DNA of 13,950 nt from Candidatus Latescibacterota bacterium. Its GTDB lineage: Bacteria; Latescibacterota; UBA2968; UBA8231. Shown here piece by piece: positions 9,329-13,950 of this stretch. The notes under the pieces were generated by a model. That model was not told the DNA's origin, made no database searches, and worked only from the letters and a program-made list of their open reading frames with translations. The position numbers and the translations under genes are program-made. Numbering within the stretch: the stretch's first letter is position 1; the number at the start of each line of letters is the position of its first letter. The DNA lies in contig CBDBIJ010000011.1 in the NCBI GenBank assembly GCA_965205655.1, positions 1 through 13,950 on the forward strand. The letters are read 5' to 3'.

Positions 9329-10107
9329 TCAAAACCGCTGGCGGAGTCGCAAAAGGCGGTCGGGATACTCCATGAATTTAGTCTCCGGATGCTGCTCGTG
9401 CCATTCGCGCCAGCGCGCCAGGTCGTGCCATTCGCGCCAGCGCGCCAGGATGTATGCGTCGACTCGAGCTCGGGGAGAACGCGATCCTGCAGCGGGCCGG
9501 CGATGCCGGTGAGCCCCCCTTCCGGCCTCGAAACCGGATACCAGAGGGTCTCCGTTTCCAGGTCGTAGAGAACGAATGTGTTTGCGTAGGTCCAGCCGCT
9601 GGCAGCCAGGGTCAGCGGCTGACCGTCAAGCTCGCGACTGTACACGGCAGTCAATCCCACGAGCGGTCAGTAGGCGACCGCCGCCTGGGTGTGGCCGATG
9701 GTTTCGTTGACGATTTCATGCCGCGTGAGTTCCCGAACGGCATAGCTGCGGATGTCGCCGTCGACGGAAATGCCGATGACAGCCGGGCCTTCGCTCCACC
9801 ACGATCCCTCGGAGGGGTAACCGGGCTCGCCTGGAGATAGCATGTCCGGGTGATCGATCGGTCGAATCGTGTTCTTGCCGATGCCAAACTGAAACCCGGC
9901 GACCCGCATACCGTAGCGATGCACAGCGTGGGTGATGTCGAACCGCACGCCTTCGCGGTCGGTGATGTAAATGGGCTTACGACGGGAGTGGCCGCCTGCG
10001 GGAGTCTCGAAACCGGCGCCGGCCGATGGGGGAGGAGGCGCACAGGAGCTGACGGCCAGACAAGCGGCTCCGACGACCGCGGCGCAGGTCGTCGTCGGAG
10101 AGGCCGC
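9329..10107 (-). CDS. DUF3179-like probable selenoprotein, predicted lipoprotein, single-repeat form; frameshifted near the 3' end and with an unresolved start
   Basis: Track ORFs 9667..9948 and 8242..9660 share a frame, separated only by TGA-CCG-CTC. Reading through gives HEIVNETIGHTQAAVAY-U-PLVGLTAVYSRELDG...ASGWTYANTFVLYDLETETLW, matching the paralog's HEIVHHVVGGLDVVTTY-C-PLTNSAVLF...NTGALYNNNVVMYDRETRSVW. The true C-terminus WREWHEQHPETKFM...QRF* (stop 9331-9329) is in another frame. Lipobox-like AVVGAACLAVSS-C has its Cys at 10044-10042. Confidence 0.82.
9396..9449. repeat. perfect 27-bp tandem duplication, each copy containing an internal 8-bp tandem duplication
   Basis: TCGTGCCATTCGCGCCAGCGCGCCAGG at 9396-9422 and 9423-9449; each unit contains CGCGCCAG twice. 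Confidence 0.95.
9619..9670 (-). promoter_or_regulatory. candidate bacterial SECIS stem-loop at and directly downstream of the in-frame UGA
   Basis: The mRNA reads C-UGA-CCGCUCGUGGGAUU-GACUG-CCGUGUA-CAGUC-GCGAGC-UUGA-CGGUCAG. Upper stem GACUG/CAGUC closes a 7-nt loop beginning 19 nt after UGA; the middle stem is GCUCGU/GCGAGC and the outer stem CUGACC/GGUCAG. Pairing was read by eye; no energy was computed. Confidence 0.6.
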
Positions 10108-11259
10108 TCAGTCCGACGGTAGGCCTTTATCTCGCCCCAGCCTTCGTTCGCAACCGCCGTCCCGCCAAGATTCTCGCCGTCCCAAACCTCCGTATTCTGC
10201 CAGAAGCTGGCCCAGGCGAACCAGTAGGCGCTGTAGGTGGCGATGGGCATAAGCTTTGTACCCTCGAGCGACCCGTCAACGGCCTCGCCGAGCATGCTCC
10301 AGAGTGATCCGGTCTCGGCGTCCGCGAAACTGTGGCAGCAAATCATCGCCAGTCGCTTCGACAGGTGCGAAGTGAAGCACCCTTTCGCCGAGCCGTCGGC
10401 TGTAGCCCAGGGCGAGACGGCCCTTCGGGGCGCAGAAGATGACGATTTCCTCTCCTCCGAAGACCTGGTTGACGGCGAGCTGAAGCTCCAGATCGCCATA
10501 GGAGTAGGCGATGGCGCCGTCGCGGCCGGTAAGGCCGAAGACCATCTCTTTGGCGGGAAGACGCTGGTCGATGGCGGGCGTCTGTGGAAACCAGACGGCG
10601 TTATTCTCGGTGTAGCCGCTCTCGATCCAAGGATCGTAATCGTAGTTCCTGCCCCTCTCGAATCCGGTCTTGTTCGAGAGGAGCCTGGTGTCGGGATAGA
10701 GAGCTCTCCACGCCTCCCAGGTCGCCTGCGCCACGGGCAGGACGGTGAGGTGCTCGCCGGCGCGATCGCCGAAGATGCAGCCCAGCGCCATCTGGGACCA
10801 GACGCTGCGAGTCTCGCGGTCGTACATGACGACGTTGTTGTTATACAGGGCACCCGTGTTCCCGAAGGCGAGGTCGGCAGCGTCGAAGAGGACGGCCGAG
10901 TTCGTGAGCGGGCAATAAGTAGTGACGACATCGAGACCACCGACGACGTGATGCACGATTTCGTGGTAGTTCATGATCTTGAGAGGATAGGCGAAAACGT
11001 CGCCATTCAGGGCGACGCCGGCCACGAGATCGCCGTCGCCTACAAAGGCGTCCCGTGCGGAAATGAACTCAGGGGTATTGAGCGGGGGAATGGCGTCGGC
11101 CGGCACATCCGCGTAGATCTCCCTGACCGGAACGGCACCGGTGAGGGCCGATAGCGCACCGGTGATGAACTCCTGCGCCTGAACAGACGAGGTGATGCAC
11201 AAGATGAGAGTCACAGAGGCGGCCAGGGCTCGTTTGCCGGCCTCCAATGGCGAGTTCAT
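10108..11259 (-). pseudogene. DUF3179-like secreted protein (Cys form, full two-repeat length), frameshifted as assembled: pseudogene or sequencing error
   Basis: ATG at 11259 with GGAG upstream, signal peptide ending SSVQA, DAIPPLNTPEF, AYPL...HEIV, YCPL, MYDRETRSVWSQ, TWEAWRALYPDT. After LLPQFR there is one extra G (10322/10323); the next frame continues DAETGSLWSMLGEAVDGSLEG...AYWFAWASF...TAVANEGWGEIK. The 3' end at 10108 is inferred. Confidence 0.8.
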
Positions 11260-11350
11260 GCTGGCATCTCCGAGTTTTGCCTGACTGCACCGGTGTAGTA
11301 GTTTAATTAACAATGCAAAGAGGTTTGCACCAGGGAGCAGCGCAGAGGCA
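11260..11350. promoter_or_regulatory. divergent promoter region with AT-rich core and inverted repeats
   Basis: 91-bp gap between divergent starts. Contains ACTGCACCGGTGTAGT (11284-11299, one mismatch), TTAATTAA (11303-11310) and TGCAAA-GAGG-TTTGCA (11314-11329). Confidence 0.6.
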
Positions 11351-12790
11351 ATGCGAGCGGTCATCATCGGTAACGGCATCGCCGGCATAGAGGCGGCGGT
11401 GGCGATTCGCGCCCGCGAAGAGGACTGGGAGATCACCGTCGTCTCCGAAGAATCGGACCACTTGTTCTCGCGCACGGCGCTGATGTACGTGTTCTGCGGC
11501 CAGCTGTCGCACCGCAACATCGAACCCTACGAGCGGGACCTCTACGAGCGCATGGGATTTCGACGAGTGAGGGGTCGCGCCAGTGGTATCGATGTCCACC
11601 AGAAGACGGTGACGCTCTCAAACGGCGAGTCGCTGCCGTACGACCGCCTGCTCATCGCCTGCGGTTCGCGACCGCGCCCGGGCATGTGGCCGAACTCCGA
11701 TCTGAATGGAATCGGTCACTTCGTCTCCATCCAGGACCTCGAATGGCTCGAGGCGGAGGTTCACGGGGATGCGGTCATGGAGCCGCCGCCGCGGACGGAT
11801 TTCCACGTGACGTCGAGCTCGCAGGATTCGCCCTACTACCCGAGGGTGGTGTCAGCCAGTGAGAGGGGGCGAAAGGCGAAGAAGGCGGTCGTCGTCGGGG
11901 GCGGCCTCATCGGTCTCGAAACTGTAGAGATCCTCGTTCAAGCCGGCGTAGAGACCCACTTCCTCATAATGGAAGACTGGTACTGGCCCATGGCCATCGA
12001 CGGCGGCGAGGGGCGCTTCGTGGCCGAAGTCATGGAGGAGAACGGCGTCCACGTCCACATGCAGACGGTTGTTGAGGAGTTTGTCGGCGACGCCAATGGC
12101 GCGGTAACGGGGGTGCGCACGAAAGTGAAGGGCCCGGAGGCGCCCGACGACGGGATGCCGGGTGGCGATGGCTGGGTAGAAGGGCCGAACATCGACTGCG
12201 ACATCGCCGTCATCACCATCGGCGTTATGCCGAATACGGACTGGCTGCAGGATTCGGACATCGAACTGGACGAGCGCTTCCGCGGTATCACCGTCAACGA
12301 CGGTCTCGCTACTTCGGCGCCGGACGTGTTCGCCGCAGGGGATTGCGCCAGCGTGACCTGGTTCAAGGGGACGGAGCAGGAAATGCGGCGCCCGGAACAG
12401 CTGTGGTACACATCGAGGGATCAGGGTCGCGTGGCGGCGCGGTGCATGATGGGGGACGCGGCGGTGTACGAGAGGGAAACGTGGTACAACTCGGCCAAGT
12501 TTATGGATGTGGAGTACACCACGGCGGGGCAGGTGCCGATGGATCTCAACGGAAAAGAGGAGTGGTTTCACGATGAAACGGGAGCCGTGCGGAGCACGAC
12601 TCGCATAATCACCGAGAACGGCACCGTCGTGGGATTCAACATGCTGGGACGGCGCTGGGACCACACCCACCTGGTACGTTGGATCGACGAACGGCGTAGC
12701 CTCGGATACGTGCTCGATCACTTGAACGAAGCGTCGTTCGACGCCGAGTTCACGCATCCGCTGGAACTTCCACGGGTTGCCGCAGGTTAA
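11351..12790 (+). CDS. NAD(P)/FAD-dependent oxidoreductase (pyridine nucleotide-disulfide oxidoreductase fold, ferredoxin/rubredoxin reductase-like)
   Basis: FAD motif VIIGNGIAG, YDRLLIACGS, NAD(P) motif VVVGGGLIGLE, IGVMPN, TSAPDVFAAGDCA. No CxxxxC disulfide motif. RBS GAGG/GGAG. Confidence 0.9.
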   Translation: MRAVIIGNGIAGIEAAVAIRAREEDWEITVVSEESDHLFSRTALMYVFCGQLSHRNIEPYERDLYERMGFRRVRGRASGIDVHQKTVTLSNGESLPYDRLLIACGSRPRPGMWPNSDLNGIGHFVSIQDLEWLEAEVHGDAVMEPPPRTDFHVTSSSQDSPYYPRVVSASERGRKAKKAVVVGGGLIGLETVEILVQAGVETHFLIMEDWYWPMAIDGGEGRFVAEVMEENGVHVHMQTVVEEFVGDANGAVTGVRTKVKGPEAPDDGMPGGDGWVEGPNIDCDIAVITIGVMPNTDWLQDSDIELDERFRGITVNDGLATSAPDVFAAGDCASVTWFKGTEQEMRRPEQLWYTSRDQGRVAARCMMGDAAVYERETWYNSAKFMDVEYTTAGQVPMDLNGKEEWFHDETGAVRSTTRIITENGTVVGFNMLGRRWDHTHLVRWIDERRSLGYVLDHLNEASFDAEFTHPLELPRVAAG

Positions 12791-12809
12791 AACGGGGAGG
12801 CAGAGCATA

Positions 12810-13883
12810 ATGTATCAGCACGGACTGTTGAGCACCTACCGGCGGTCGCTGCGCAGTCGAGGTTTGAGCGCGTGGCTTCTCGGGGGCGTGATTCTCACCT
12901 TCTACATCCTCACCTACTTCTCCGAGGTCTTCACACCGACTGCCATCGCCCTGGGCCTGAAAAACAAGTGGTGGCTCTACGGGGCGATCTACTGTATCGC
13001 CATGGTGGGCGGCGGCATCTACTTCCTCAAGCACCACGGCAACAACCGCTACCACCGCATCCGCACCACCGTTCTCATCGCCGTGCAGATTCTGCTCGCG
13101 TTCTGTCTGCCCTTCGCCATGGCCTTGTTCGGTAAGAGGGAGTTCTATTTTTCGTACCTGTGGCCCCTGAAGATCGACTACTTCTATCCGGGTACGATCT
13201 TCGAGTATCCGGTACTCATCGCCCTCTACAGTTTTCTGGGATCGCTCATCCTCTTTCCACTGCTTGCCGTGACGGTGGGCAAGCGGTTCTACTGCTCGTG
13301 GATCTGCGGCTGCGGCGGCCTGGCCGAGACGCTGGGAGATCCGTGGCGTCACCTGTCCGACAAGTCGACGAAGGCGTGGAAGTTCGAGCAGGTCTCCATT
13401 CACACGGTACTGCTGCTGGCGCTGGGCACGACGGCCCTTGTGCTCATCAACTGGGCGATCGGTCAGCAGCATCCCACCTTCAGCAACATCGCTTTCAAGG
13501 TGCAGGAGTACTACGGTTTGGTGGTGGGGGCACTGCTGTCGGGCGTGTTCGCCGTGGCGCTCTATCCGCTCCTGGGATCGCGGGTGTGGTGCCGCTTCTT
13601 CTGTCCGATGGCGGCCATGCTGGGCCTGATCCAGAAATTCGGGCGCTTCCGGATCACCGTGAAGGACAACATGTGCATCTCGTGCGGCAACTGCAGCACG
13701 TACTGCGAAATGGGTATCGACGTGCGCGCCTATGCCCAGAACAACGAGAGCTTCAAGCGGGCCTCCTGCGTGGGATGCGGCATGTGCGCCCACGTCTGCC
13801 CGCGGGGCGTGCTCAAGCTGGAGAACAAGTGGGACCTGCTCGGAGACAAGGCGAAGCAACGCTTGCGGGTCCTGGATCTGTGA
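12810..13883 (+). CDS. polytopic membrane 4Fe-4S binding protein (NapH/MauN/YccM-like polyferredoxin)
   Basis: Several hydrophobic segments, GKRFYCSWICGCGG and RVWCRFFCP motifs, and two ferredoxin motifs, CISCGNCSTYCE and CVGCGMCAHVCP. The ATG at 12810 behind GGGGAGG (12794-12800) is preferred over the track start at 12777. Confidence 0.9.
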   Translation: MYQHGLLSTYRRSLRSRGLSAWLLGGVILTFYILTYFSEVFTPTAIALGLKNKWWLYGAIYCIAMVGGGIYFLKHHGNNRYHRIRTTVLIAVQILLAFCLPFAMALFGKREFYFSYLWPLKIDYFYPGTIFEYPVLIALYSFLGSLILFPLLAVTVGKRFYCSWICGCGGLAETLGDPWRHLSDKSTKAWKFEQVSIHTVLLLALGTTALVLINWAIGQQHPTFSNIAFKVQEYYGLVVGALLSGVFAVALYPLLGSRVWCRFFCPMAAMLGLIQKFGRFRITVKDNMCISCGNCSTYCEMGIDVRAYAQNNESFKRASCVGCGMCAHVCPRGVLKLENKWDLLGDKAKQRLRVLDL

Positions 13884-13911
13884 GATTGACGGTGCGTGTC
13901 TGTAATAGGTA

Positions 13912-13950
13912 GGAAAGGAGCAAGCAACTGGCGTATGAGACGAGGACAGA
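13912..13950 (+). other. strong RBS and probable start of the next gene, truncated by the window edge
   Basis: GGAAAGGAG at 13912-13920. ATG at 13935 (MRRGQ...) is 14 nt away, which is long; a CTG at 13928 is an alternative start. Confidence 0.35.

Noticed and set aside
9396..9449. 27-bp repeats as a mini CRISPR array or insertion-site duplication
   Set aside because: The copies are directly adjacent with no spacer, derive from the coding sequence itself, and no cas or transposase gene is nearby.
9651..10940. The 429-aa minus-strand ORF as a gene in its own right
   Set aside because: Only about 10322-10115 is real coding sequence (the DUF3179 C-terminus). The rest is Ser/Pro/Arg-rich off-frame translation of the two DUF3179 genes.
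11261..11280. Possible sigma-54 promoter TGGCA...TTGC
   Set aside because: The GG to GC spacing is 14 nt instead of the required 10.
11260..11520. N-terminal 87 aa of ORF 10276..11520
   Set aside because: It overlaps the divergent FAD oxidoreductase and the promoter region. ATG 11259 has an RBS and is followed by a signal peptide.
13886..13906. TTGACG...TGTAAT as a sigma-70 promoter
   Set aside because: The spacer is only 9 nt.

Overview
GC-rich bacterial window with 12 protein-coding loci and no RNA genes, CRISPR arrays or mobile elements that I can see. The left part holds the 3' end of a protein with a short 'TAxxxExWGxxK' tail, a terminator, a minus-strand pair (gamma-glutamyltransferase, orphan beta-class DNA methyltransferase) and a divergent plus-strand run: low-specificity threonine aldolase, secreted YyaL/DUF255 thioredoxin-domain protein with a DsbD-N-like C-terminus, SDR, and a mandelate racemase-family enzyme. 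The right part is the most interesting. A minus-strand operon carries two DUF3179-like genes and an ArsS-type radical SAM gene, divergent from an FAD oxidoreductase and a membrane 4Fe-4S protein. The ORF track mis-splits it. The second DUF3179 gene has an in-frame TGA (9669-9667) that aligns without gaps to the YCPL cysteine of its neighbouring paralog and is followed by a SECIS-like hairpin, so it is a probable selenoprotein. The DUF3179 pair also carries three lesions: a +1 frameshift at ~10322, a broken stop/start junction at ~10110, and a nested 8+27 bp duplication at 9396-9449 that fuses the selenoprotein to arsS. These may be real decay or assembly errors. Family calls come from motif recognition, not database searches.
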